Assembly: GCA_050294405.1 (NCBI GenBank) | Contig: JBNKOC010000004.1 | Coordinates: forward strand, 96,001-160,000 | DNA length: 64,000 nucleotides | Direction of reading: 5' to 3' | Source of the DNA: Fibrobacteria bacterium | Lineage (GTDB): Bacteria; Fibrobacterota; Fibrobacteria; UBA11236; JADFYW01 | Notes under the pieces: model-generated | Database searches by the model: none | What the model saw: the letters and a program-made list of their open reading frames with translations, nothing else | Told to the model about the DNA's origin: nothing | Shown here: positions 43,193 through 52,034 of the stretch, piece after piece | Layout of the letters: every line of letters starts with the position of its first letter | Numbering within the stretch: position 1 is the first letter of the stretch | Made by a program: the position numbers and the translations under genes

Positions 43193-44626
43193 TTGCTTAA
43201 ATTTGAAAAGCCATACATTTTAAAAAAAATATATGCCGCCGAAAGAAAAGGGGTACAGCAGGGAGACCTACTGGCTGTTTTACAGGATTTTCAGGGTCAT
43301 CCCGTAGAAATCAAAGCCAATTCCGCCGGCCGAATATTAAAAGTTCACTTTGTGCAATTCGATACCATTCCTAAAAACAGCTTGTTTTTAGAAATGGAAA
43401 TCACCCCCATTAACATCCAGGAATATTCCCGGGGAGACAAAGTCTACCACAGCTCAAGCCTAAAACATCTTTTTTACAAATTGTGGGAGTCCACAGGAAT
43501 AGCCTCTTTGGGCAAATACCTCAGCTATTCCTTTCAGGACAGCCTGGGCAAAGTCTTTATGATATTTGTGGGTTTTTTATTGTTATTCCTCGCCATCGCT
43601 AAAAAATTCGAACCCCTTTTATTAGTTCCAATCGGTTTTGGCTGCATTCTCAGCAACATACCGGAGAGCGGCTTTACCGAGCCAGGGGGCATGTTATTTT
43701 ACATCTATGAGGTGGGAATCAGTACGGGAATTTTTCCCCTCATTATTTTTATGGGAGTGGGCGCACTTACAGATTTTGGGCCAATGATAGCCAACCCCAA
43801 AACGGCCTTATTAGGTGGAGCGGCACAGTTTGGAATATTTCTAACCTTAATGGGAGCCATTTTATTGTCCAAATGGATTCCGGGAATTGATTTTGATCTG
43901 AAAGACTCCTCCGCTATTGCCATTATAGGAGGAGCCGACGGGCCCACAGCCATTTTTTTGGCTTCTAAGTTATCTCCTCGTCTTTTGGGCTCCATTGCCG
44001 TGGCGGCTTATTCTTATATGGCGCTGGTCCCCATTATCCAGCCTCCCATTATGCGCTGGCTCACTACTCCCGAAGAACGTAAAATTCGCATGTCTCAATT
44101 GCGAACCGTGTCCAAAAAAGAAAAAATCATTTTTCCTTTAAGCGTGTTAACTCTATGCGCCCTATTGCTTCCTTCAGCCGCCCCCTTAATTGGAATGTTT
44201 ATGTTTGGAAACCTAATGCGCGAGTGTTTGGTGGTGGAAAGGCTCTCACAAACCGCTCAAAATGGGCTCATCAATATTGTGACCATTTTTTTGGGGTTGG
44301 GGGTAGGCTCCAAGTTGTCGGCAGATAAGTTTTTGCATTTAGAAACCCTGGGGATTTTGTTTTTGGGAATTTTCGCCTTCGGAGTGGGCACGGCTGCGGG
44401 AATAATTATGGCCAAATGGATGAATTACTTTTCCAAAAACAAAATAAACCCCCTAATCGGCTCTGCAGGAGTATCTGCGGTCCCAATGGCGGCCCGAGTT
44501 AGCAATAGTGAAGGATTAAAGGCGGATTCTCAAAATTTTCTGCTTTTTCACGCCATGGGCCCCAATGTGGCAGGAGTAATTGGGTCCGCAGTTGCAGCAG
44601 GGGTATTATTGGCTGTTTTTGAATAG
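43193..44626 (+). CDS. oadB: Na+-translocating decarboxylase beta subunit with N-terminal extension
   Basis: [39 protein letters not shown] and [10 protein letters not shown] motifs. The start may be further upstream (43127). Confidence 0.93.
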   Translation: MLKFEKPYILKKIYAAERKGVQQGDLLAVLQDFQGHPVEIKANSAGRILKVHFVQFDTIPKNSLFLEMEITPINIQEYSRGDKVYHSSSLKHLFYKLWESTGIASLGKYLSYSFQDSLGKVFMIFVGFLLLFLAIAKKFEPLLLVPIGFGCILSNIPESGFTEPGGMLFYIYEVGISTGIFPLIIFMGVGALTDFGPMIANPKTALLGGAAQFGIFLTLMGAILLSKWIPGIDFDLKDSSAIAIIGGADGPTAIFLASKLSPRLLGSIAVAAYSYMALVPIIQPPIMRWLTTPEERKIRMSQLRTVSKKEKIIFPLSVLTLCALLLPSAAPLIGMFMFGNLMRECLVVERLSQTAQNGLINIVTIFLGLGVGSKLSADKFLHLETLGILFLGIFAFGVGTAAGIIMAKWMNYFSKNKINPLIGSAGVSAVPMAARVSNSEGLKADSQNFLLFHAMGPNVAGVIGSAVAAGVLLAVFE

Positions 44627-44726
44627 TTTGGCATTTTTATTAGCAAAATTGTACCAGAACTGTAACGATTGTAAAGCTTTAGTCACTTGAGTGGCTGAAA
44701 TTCAATTTTAACTATATCTTTAAACT

Positions 44727-45656
44727 ATGGAATTTGCAGAATTAAACCGCCGTAATTTGTCCAGGCCCGCTCTAATTTTAAAAAGGTTAGTGGATATCCT
44801 AATTGGCAGCTTTGGTTGCCTGTTTTTTTTAGCAGCTTACCCAATTGTAAGTCTACTCATTAAACTGGAGTCTCCAGGACCTGTCTTATACAAACAAGTT
44901 CGGGTGGGCACTAACCGAAGGAATTCTGAAAGGCGCCAGAGTCGCGGTAAAAATTTAATTCCCCTTAAAAATCTTAGAAAAGAAAAATCCGAAAGGCGCA
45001 AACTAAATTCAGCCGGAGTTCACTTTACTCTATATAAATTCAGGACTATGCGGCAGGACGCCGAAAAGTACGGTCCTCAATTATGCGCCACCAATGGAGA
45101 TGCTCGTATCACCAAGGTGGGCAAATGGCTTCGCTACTTTCACATTGATGAATTGCCCCAGTTTGTAAATGTTTTAAAAGGAAATATGAGCTTAATTGGC
45201 CCCCGCCCCGAACGCCCCTTTTTCACAGAAAAATATTGCCTGGAAATTCCAGAATACCCAAACCGCACCCGGAACATTAAACCCGGCCTAACCGGTTTGG
45301 CCCAAATCACTTTGGGATATGACGAATCCATTAAAACCGTAAACCGTAAATTTTATTACGACATTACCTATGGCATGTCCTTTTACAGTTTTAAAGCCTG
45401 GGCAAAAATGGAAAGCTGGATTTTTATTAACACTCTTAAATATCTAAGCAACCAAATTACCGTGGCTTTTAAATACAAAGCTGCAAACATCAATAACCCG
45501 GAACCCGCCAAAGAAATAGACAGAGCTCAAATACATGTGGCCCATCCCAAAAAAATGGTGCACAAAATCCACAAAAAACATTTGACCACCTCTCACTTGG
45601 CCTTACATTTTCCAGAGCTCTACGCCATGAAACAGCCCGCGGAAAGCGGATCTTAA
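44727..45656 (+). CDS. Bacterial sugar transferase (priming phosphoglycosyl transferase)
   Basis: KRLVDI, KFRTM, DELPQ..NVLKG.MSLIGPRPE and KPGLTGLAQ motifs. Confidence 0.92.
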   Translation: MEFAELNRRNLSRPALILKRLVDILIGSFGCLFFLAAYPIVSLLIKLESPGPVLYKQVRVGTNRRNSERRQSRGKNLIPLKNLRKEKSERRKLNSAGVHFTLYKFRTMRQDAEKYGPQLCATNGDARITKVGKWLRYFHIDELPQFVNVLKGNMSLIGPRPERPFFTEKYCLEIPEYPNRTRNIKPGLTGLAQITLGYDESIKTVNRKFYYDITYGMSFYSFKAWAKMESWIFINTLKYLSNQITVAFKYKAANINNPEPAKEIDRAQIHVAHPKKMVHKIHKKHLTTSHLALHFPELYAMKQPAESGS

Positions 45657-46531
45657 AGGGTTCTTAGGAAAATTTCCATTAAACTAATCACATCCAAGGC
45701 ATTGTGATGTATAGCCCCTTCCATAGTTTTAGGGCTACTGGGATTATCCACATATTCTTTATAAGCTGCCGGAATTTGGGAACCGGGCAAATCACCCACC
45801 CGATGCCTTTTTAAAAAGGCTTTTTCCAGCGTTTGCAGTTTTACATTGGGCAAATTCTTTTTCCAGTGCTTGCGGGCATAATGCAAAAGGTCCACATGTA
45901 TAGGCTCGTATGCAGGATTTAATTGCCAATAATAACTTCGTTCTTCTATAAAGGGCCAATCAAAAGCTTTGCCATTATAGCTAACTAGCATTTTAAAGTT
46001 GGGCAAAAAATCCCAAAAGCATTTCAAAACCGAACGCTCTTCGGAATAATCCCTTGCAAAAAACTGCGTCACATACACTTTAGAATCTCTTACATAACAT
46101 AAACCAATCAAAAACAAAGGCACTCCGGAAAACCCGCAGGTTTCTATATCAAAAAAAGCGAGTTCCTCAGGGAAACGAAGGTTCAGCCATTCGGGATTTT
46201 GTTCAGCAGCTAAACTCAGGCCTTCAATTTTTTTTACAAACTCCTGAGTGCCGTTCCAAAAGCCTTCTCCCTCCCGGTGGATAATTAAACTGGACTCCGC
46301 TTTTATGGAAGGCAATTCCAAGTTGTTAGGAAAAAAATCCATCAACTCTTCAAAGTCGCCCTGCTCCCTCTTAAAAAAATGGGTATCGGGCATAGTATCA
46401 AAATGAACTTGGGCTGAGTTTTGTGCTCTTGGAGGAACATTTCCCTGAGATGTTTTAGCTTGGGGTTTATTTTCACTCCCCACTTTGTGGATGGCGTTTA
46501 ACAATTCCAGTTTGGATTTTAACCGTCCCAT
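45653..46531 (-). CDS. YprB/MrfB-like RNase H-fold exonuclease
   Basis: FFDIETCG, SYNGKAFDWPF, HVDLL and HHNALDV motifs. Confidence 0.88.
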   Translation of the reverse strand: MGRLKSKLELLNAIHKVGSENKPQAKTSQGNVPPRAQNSAQVHFDTMPDTHFFKREQGDFEELMDFFPNNLELPSIKAESSLIIHREGEGFWNGTQEFVKKIEGLSLAAEQNPEWLNLRFPEELAFFDIETCGFSGVPLFLIGLCYVRDSKVYVTQFFARDYSEERSVLKCFWDFLPNFKMLVSYNGKAFDWPFIEERSYYWQLNPAYEPIHVDLLHYARKHWKKNLPNVKLQTLEKAFLKRHRVGDLPGSQIPAAYKEYVDNPSSPKTMEGAIHHNALDVISLMEIFLRTL

Positions 46532-46537
46532 ATTAGC

Positions 46538-48793
46538 TTAGCTCTCTGATATCAATTCCAAACAAAGTTGTTTATAGGATATATTTGAACCTGATTGTTC
46601 AAATTGACCCACGCAAAAAGGGCAACCAGAGTCGCAGGAGCAACTGGATATGATATTTCGGCATATGTTAATCATGACATCAAAATTTTCAAATATTTTT
46701 TTAGATACTCCTAGTCCACCATCATACACATCAGAAATGCTCAACACTGTTTTTTTATTTTGATCTTTGCAAATTTCCACATTCATATCAGAAGGCTCTA
46801 ACATTAATCCCAAAACTGCAGCTTTTTTTAAAAGCTCTCCCAGACTTTCCAATAGCCCCCTGGTGTTTTTCCCAAGACCTAGCTCCTGTGCAAAACCAGT
46901 TCCAAAGGAAATAACCAAAGCCTCCGTATTTAAAATGGGTAATTTTCGGTAAACCGCCCACTCCGAAACCTTTTTCCCGCTCTTAAAATCAATTTTTTTA
47001 AGAGCTTCAATTTCAGTTTTCAGCTCTATTTTGGAAAGAGAAGCTTTAAGGCCGAATTTTTGAAGTTGCCCCATTTGCATTTCAGATTTTAAAACAGAAG
47101 ACATTTTGGGATAGGTGTAATAATCCAGATTGCTTTCTCTTAAAATGATTAGGGGGCTGCCCGGTTCCCAGTTTTCCACCTGGTATTCCTTACCTCCAGA
47201 CAAATAAACGGCTCCCTTAAAAATATGCCTTAAGGCTTTGAATTCTTCCAACTGACCTATATTACTGCGCCCGGTTTCATATTGAACCCACAACTCTATG
47301 TTTTTATCCCCAAAACTGCGAAGGCTAAATTGATGGGAACCAGTTTGAGGAAAGTACCACTCTCCTTTTAGTTCTTTTAATTCGCCATCATCCAAAAGTT
47401 TTCGCACAATGCTTTCAAACTTTTCTCCAAAATAGAGGGAGTCCTCCTGATTTAAAGGGCATTCCTGGGCGGCGCATTTAATATGGGCTTCAAGAAGCAA
47501 ATTGTTTTGAGGATCACAGCTAATATTTTCAAAATTATTTTGAAATAGCAAATGGGAGTTTTTGGCTATGTAACTATCCAGAGGGCGATAAAGGGGCACA
47601 TACAAAACCAGTCCAGGCTTTTTTCCTCTTCCGGTTCGGCCCGCCTGTTGCCTGAAGCTGGCCAGGCTGGGGGGAAAACCCAAAATTACCACCACATCCA
47701 TCTGGCCTATATCCACTCCCATTTCCAGGGCGCTTGTTCCCACAATGACTTTAAAATTGTTTTCGTATATATCCTCATCTAATTTTTTTCTGTCTTTATT
47801 GGAAAGGCCGCTGCGATATACCAATATATGTTCTTCAGCAATTTGAGAAGAGCCTTTTAAAAGCCTTCCCATTAATTCGCAATGCAAACGGGATTGGGTA
47901 AACATCAAAATTTTTTTATCCTGGGAACAAAGTTCTTCGCAAAGATGGGCCAGGCGCTGATATAGCTCAGAGCTTTTGCCGCCCATTCTGTAAATATGTT
48001 CTGTTTCCAATGAAGCCCACAAGCCCGGCGGTTTAGGAGAGCTGTCTTCAGAAAAAATTTGAGGATCTTTTCCAATTAAATTTTTTCCGTGCTCCCCTTC
48101 ATTGCCAAGGGTGGCGCTTGCCAACATCCAATGGGGATTAGAGCCATATTTGTGGCAAATTCTCCGAAGCCTGGAAAAAAGCAAACATACATGGGACCCA
48201 AATACTCCCCCATACACATGGGCCTCATCCACCACCACTCCCTGCATATGCATGAAAAATCGGGACCACCTGCCATTTTGAGGCAATATACTTGCATGAA
48301 GGGAATCGGGATTGGTAAAAAGTATGTTGGCCCTTTTTCGGGCTTCCGCCTTATTCTTAGAGGAAATATCTCCGTTGTATAAATAAGGTTTTACGCAGGA
48401 TATAAGTTCGGGCTGATTGGAAATTATATGCAGCAGCTTACGGAACTGGTTTGCCGCCAGAGCTTTGGTGGGAAACAAAACCAAAAAACAATTTCTAGGC
48501 TCACTTAATAGCGAAGATAGAATGGGAAGCCAAAAGCAAAGACTCTTCCCGGATGCAGTGGGAGTAACCACTAAAAAATTTTCCTTCTCCGTTGCGCAGT
48601 TAAAACTGTCCACCTGCTGTTTGTAAAGCTTGGTCAAACCCTGGTTGTGCAAATGGTTTTTCAAAATTTCAGGTACCTCATCAGGCAAATCAAAAAGCGT
48701 TTCGGGCCTTGGCTCCAATTCCTTTTCCCAGCCCAGCGAAAAAGAGCTTTGAGATTTAATTTGAGACCAGAAATCAAAGGGCTTGGAAGACAT
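46538..48793 (-). CDS. YprA/MrfA/Hrq1-like DEAH helicase with C-terminal DUF1998 Zn site
   Basis: TASGKS, PTKALA, VVDEAH, SAT, QQAGRTGR and CSCDSGCPFC motifs. The ORF track starts at 48844. Confidence 0.92.
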   Translation of the reverse strand: MSSKPFDFWSQIKSQSSFSLGWEKELEPRPETLFDLPDEVPEILKNHLHNQGLTKLYKQQVDSFNCATEKENFLVVTPTASGKSLCFWLPILSSLLSEPRNCFLVLFPTKALAANQFRKLLHIISNQPELISCVKPYLYNGDISSKNKAEARKRANILFTNPDSLHASILPQNGRWSRFFMHMQGVVVDEAHVYGGVFGSHVCLLFSRLRRICHKYGSNPHWMLASATLGNEGEHGKNLIGKDPQIFSEDSSPKPPGLWASLETEHIYRMGGKSSELYQRLAHLCEELCSQDKKILMFTQSRLHCELMGRLLKGSSQIAEEHILVYRSGLSNKDRKKLDEDIYENNFKVIVGTSALEMGVDIGQMDVVVILGFPPSLASFRQQAGRTGRGKKPGLVLYVPLYRPLDSYIAKNSHLLFQNNFENISCDPQNNLLLEAHIKCAAQECPLNQEDSLYFGEKFESIVRKLLDDGELKELKGEWYFPQTGSHQFSLRSFGDKNIELWVQYETGRSNIGQLEEFKALRHIFKGAVYLSGGKEYQVENWEPGSPLIILRESNLDYYTYPKMSSVLKSEMQMGQLQKFGLKASLSKIELKTEIEALKKIDFKSGKKVSEWAVYRKLPILNTEALVISFGTGFAQELGLGKNTRGLLESLGELLKKAAVLGLMLEPSDMNVEICKDQNKKTVLSISDVYDGGLGVSKKIFENFDVMINICRNIISSCSCDSGCPFCVGQFEQSGSNISYKQLCLELISES

Positions 48794-48942
48794 AACAAAT
48801 TTAAACCTAGTATAAATTTGCCTGGAAAACAGTAAGCAAAGCACTTGTAAAGCAGGGCTTTTTTCAGTATTTTATTTTTTTCACTTTTAATGATTGTTGG
48901 CTTTTTTTAAATTCTCGATATAATTGAATGGAGGTATTCTAA

Positions 48943-49236
48943 ATGACTTATGTAGTTCAGGAAGCATGTGTAAAATGCAAATACGGTGATTGTGTTGAAG
49001 TTTGTCCAGTTAACTGTTTTTATGAAGACGAAGATATGCTGGTTATCAATCCCGAAGAATGCATTGATTGCTCAGCTTGCGTTCCCGCTTGCCCAGTAGA
49101 AGCCATTGCTTCCGAAGACGAAGCGGAAGAAAACTGGATTAAGAAAAATGCAGAGTTCGACTTTGCTGACGACAAAAGAAGAGAAAGCAAAGACGACGTT
49201 ACCCATGGTCCTGATTGGGACGAAGATAAAGCCTAA
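48943..49236 (+). CDS. fdxA: Ferredoxin (FdxA-type, dicluster)
   Basis: [15 protein letters not shown] and [12 protein letters not shown] motifs, with a GGAGG RBS. Confidence 0.92.
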   Translation: MTYVVQEACVKCKYGDCVEVCPVNCFYEDEDMLVINPEECIDCSACVPACPVEAIASEDEAEENWIKKNAEFDFADDKRRESKDDVTHGPDWDEDKA

Positions 49237-49264
49237 GTTTAGTAAAAGGCTAAAGTTGAAATTT

Positions 49265-49291
49265 AAAGCGGCTGAACAAGCCGCTTTTTTT
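49265..49291 (+). terminator. Intrinsic terminator after ferredoxin
   Basis: AAAGCGGCT-GAACA-AGCCGCTTT plus a T run. Confidence 0.75.
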
Positions 49292-49306
49292 ATAGCAGGC
49301 TTTTAA

Positions 49307-49816
49307 ATGGAAAAATTAAAACACATTGTAGCAGGCAGAGGCTCTCCCCACTTTTTTTTGGCCGCGTTATGTCTAGTGGCGTTTGTTTTTTATCCTGCTG
49401 TTTTAAAGGCAAGTGAGAGCACCCAATTTAAAAGCAAAATTGAGGTTATCAAATATTTGCAAAAAAACACGGCTGCCAAAGAGTTTAAAGAGCTCAAACT
49501 CGATATAAATCTAGACCAAAACAAAGAGTTACTTGTAGGTACAGATTGCTCCAGGGAAGGCCCATGTTTGTACCATATTTTTGAAATGCTTAAATCCGGT
49601 GGTTTTCAATTTAAGGGTACAGTGCTGTTGCATAGTTTCTTTGAAGTTCTGGCTCAAAAATCCAACGGATACTGTGATATTTTACAGGCCCAAATGGATA
49701 GCAATAACCATTTTCAACTGGTGCGCTATGAATTTAATGGGAAAGACTACAAGCCAGGGCCCTCTATTCGCACCAATTCCAAGGTTTCCACTATTTTAAA
49801 ATCGAGCCTTAAGTAG
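49307..49816 (+). CDS. Hypothetical exported protein
   Basis: Signal-peptide-like N-terminus, DINLDQNKE and a Cys pair. Confidence 0.6.
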   Translation: MEKLKHIVAGRGSPHFFLAALCLVAFVFYPAVLKASESTQFKSKIEVIKYLQKNTAAKEFKELKLDINLDQNKELLVGTDCSREGPCLYHIFEMLKSGGFQFKGTVLLHSFFEVLAQKSNGYCDILQAQMDSNNHFQLVRYEFNGKDYKPGPSIRTNSKVSTILKSSLK

Positions 49817-49836
49817 CCAAATCAGACTTAAATACA

Positions 49837-49946
49837 GGGCAGCTCTAAAAATTGATGATCGTTGTTGTGAGCGAGGCACACGATGATGAACCGAAGCGAA
49901 GCGCAAGCTTGAAGGAGCCTGTGACACCCAATTTTTAGAGCTGCCC
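49837..49946. mobile_element. 110-bp MITE-like / palindromic element with perfect 18-bp terminal inverted repeats
   Basis: GGGCAGCTCTAAAAATTG ... CAATTTTTAGAGCTGCCC, with a GC-richer non-coding interior. Confidence 0.65.
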
Positions 49947-50035
49947 AACAGTTTTTAACGGAAATTCGTTGTAATTTCAGGTCAACACACTCTGGAATCC
50001 CACAATCCTTTGTATATTATCCAGACAGAAAGATT

Positions 50036-51025
50036 ATGGTTAAACGGCTTCCCATCGCAAAATACGGCAAAACAGCCAAGTATTTATATGAAAACTGGAA
50101 AGCCGAAAAAAACCCATTTTACGCTTCCTTAAAAGTAACTTTGCGCTGTCAGTTTAGCTGTAGCTTCTGTAATATTTGGAACAGCCCCAAAACCGAACTT
50201 TCCACTCAGGATTTAAAAAAAGTTTTGAGAAATCTGGGCAAAAGCTCCATTATTATGACTTCCTTTGAAGGAGGTGAACCTTTACTTCGAAAAGATATTG
50301 AAGAGCTTTTGGAGGTGGCCGCTGCCCAGCCCTTTTACGTAATGTTTACCACCAGCCAGCGCAATTTATTGAGCTATCCCTGGGAGCGTTATCAAAAACA
50401 CATCGATTTTTTAGAAATCAGCATTGATGAAGGCCATAAAAATTTAGAAATGTTTCAGCTATTACCTGACATTAACAAATTTGACATGGTGGTTTGCGTG
50501 CAAACCGTAGTGCGTAAAGAGGACCAGGATAAAATGGAAGAAAAAGTGCGCTCCTGTTACGAAGCGGGTTGTAAAATTCTGTTAATGCCAGCTACTACCT
50601 TAGAAGGTGCGGCAGACGGCTTTCCCGAGTTTGAAGCTTTTGAAAAAGAGGTGATGCGCCTTAAAAAACTTTTTCCCCGGGTTATTATCACCCCAAACTC
50701 CTATTTCAGAAGAATGAAAATGAAGAAGGGAGGCTGTAGCCCTAATTCTATCGTTGTGGATGCAGACGGAACCCTTTATTACCCCTGCCGTACTTTGGAA
50801 AGAAAAGCTATCCGACTCCAGGAAAGCGATTTAATGGAGTTTATAAACTCCCAAAACGCTCAGTCAGAGCGGGATTATATGCGAAACTGCGAGCGGCAAT
50901 GTGGCTGGTATCAGTTTTACGCCACGGCGGGATTCACCAAAGCCAGCGACTTTTGGGACGCTTTCAGCCCCTATTTTCAAGATTTTATTAAGGGTTCCAA
51001 GCAAAAAAAGCTACAGCAAGCTTAA
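50036..51025 (+). CDS. Radical SAM protein with C-terminal SPASM/twitch-like Cys cluster
   Basis: CQFSCSFC, GGEPL, and C..G..YPC..CERQC motifs. Confidence 0.9.
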   Translation: MVKRLPIAKYGKTAKYLYENWKAEKNPFYASLKVTLRCQFSCSFCNIWNSPKTELSTQDLKKVLRNLGKSSIIMTSFEGGEPLLRKDIEELLEVAAAQPFYVMFTTSQRNLLSYPWERYQKHIDFLEISIDEGHKNLEMFQLLPDINKFDMVVCVQTVVRKEDQDKMEEKVRSCYEAGCKILLMPATTLEGAADGFPEFEAFEKEVMRLKKLFPRVIITPNSYFRRMKMKKGGCSPNSIVVDADGTLYYPCRTLERKAIRLQESDLMEFINSQNAQSERDYMRNCERQCGWYQFYATAGFTKASDFWDAFSPYFQDFIKGSKQKKLQQA

Positions 51026-51160
51026 GATTTAGCGTAAGCAAATCCTTTAGTCAATTTAAAATCTGGCACTTTATTTTTAGTAGAGAACCCATTTTTGTAA
51101 TCGTTTTTAATTGTTATTTTTTTAAAAATATTTGATTTTTGTTTATTTAATGGATTTTAC

Positions 51161-51182
51161 GTAATCTTTACAGTATATTTAC
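51161..51182. promoter_or_regulatory. Putative operator dyad GTAAT-N12-TTTAC upstream of the TIGR02147 gene
   Basis: Same geometry recurs at 53984-54005. Confidence 0.4.
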
Positions 51183-51194
51183 TTTTATATCCCT

Positions 51195-52034
51195 ATGAGT
51201 GTAGAAAAGCCAAATATTTATCAGTATGACGATTTTCGGGAATTTATCCGGCAATGTTTTTTTTACAAACAAAGCATTCAACCAAAATATTCCCATCGAA
51301 AATTTGCCGCAGAAGCCGGCTTCACCAACCCGGGGTATTTAAATGATGTAATAAAAGGCAGGCGGCAACTCAGCAAAAGCGCCCAAGAAAAAATCATCAA
51401 AGTTTTTAACATCCACCCCAGCGAGGAAGAATTTTTTCGGCTTATTGTGGAATACGGGCAATGCAAAAAATTAAAAACCAAAGATGAACTCTACCAAAAA
51501 ATTTTATTTCGCAGAAGCCGAAGCAGTTTCACCCGTCTAAACCCCCAGCTCGTCAAATACTATCAGGACTACCGATATCCATTAGTGCGCTCGGCCATTG
51601 AGGTTAAAAATTTCAAAGGAGATTACGACTCACTTGCAAAGTTTTTGATACCCAATCTGCCTACTAACATGGTGGTAAAAATTGTGCGGGATTTGTGCGA
51701 TTGGGGTTTGGTCAAACAAAACCAAAATGGAAGCTACGAAGTTACCGATAAATTTGTGGAGCCCCCCGAAACTATGGGCCAACTTATACGGCAACTCAAC
51801 CGCAGCTGGATTCAACAAGGGGAAGAAGCTATTTCCCAATTCAGTCCCAAGGAAAGATACATCAACTCCGCCCTAATGGGAATCAGCAGAGAAACACAAA
51901 AAAAAATCCGTGAAAAAATCGAAAAATTCCGGCAGGAAATTTTTGACCTGATTAAAGAAGATAAGGAACCAGAAGTTTTAATGCAATTGAGCATGCTTTA
52001 TTTTCCCAAGACAAAGGTCGAGGTAAAAAAATGA
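51195..52034 (+). CDS. TIGR02147 family protein (N-terminal XRE-like HTH, DUF4423-type C-terminus)
   Basis: IYQYDDFREF, SHRKFAAEAGF..PGYLNDVIKGRR.LS, F.PKER and QLSMLYFP motifs. Confidence 0.88.
   Translation: MSVEKPNIYQYDDFREFIRQCFFYKQSIQPKYSHRKFAAEAGFTNPGYLNDVIKGRRQLSKSAQEKIIKVFNIHPSEEEFFRLIVEYGQCKKLKTKDELYQKILFRRSRSSFTRLNPQLVKYYQDYRYPLVRSAIEVKNFKGDYDSLAKFLIPNLPTNMVVKIVRDLCDWGLVKQNQNGSYEVTDKFVEPPETMGQLIRQLNRSWIQQGEEAISQFSPKERYINSALMGISRETQKKIREKIEKFRQEIFDLIKEDKEPEVLMQLSMLYFPKTKVEVKK

Noticed and set aside
44629..44645. Sigma54-like TGGCAT...TAGC upstream of the sugar transferase
   Set aside because: GG-to-GC spacing is 11 nt rather than the required 10.
46538..48844. DISARM or other anti-phage system
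   Set aside because: No drmA/C/D, methyltransferase or nuclease cluster. The partner is YprB-like.
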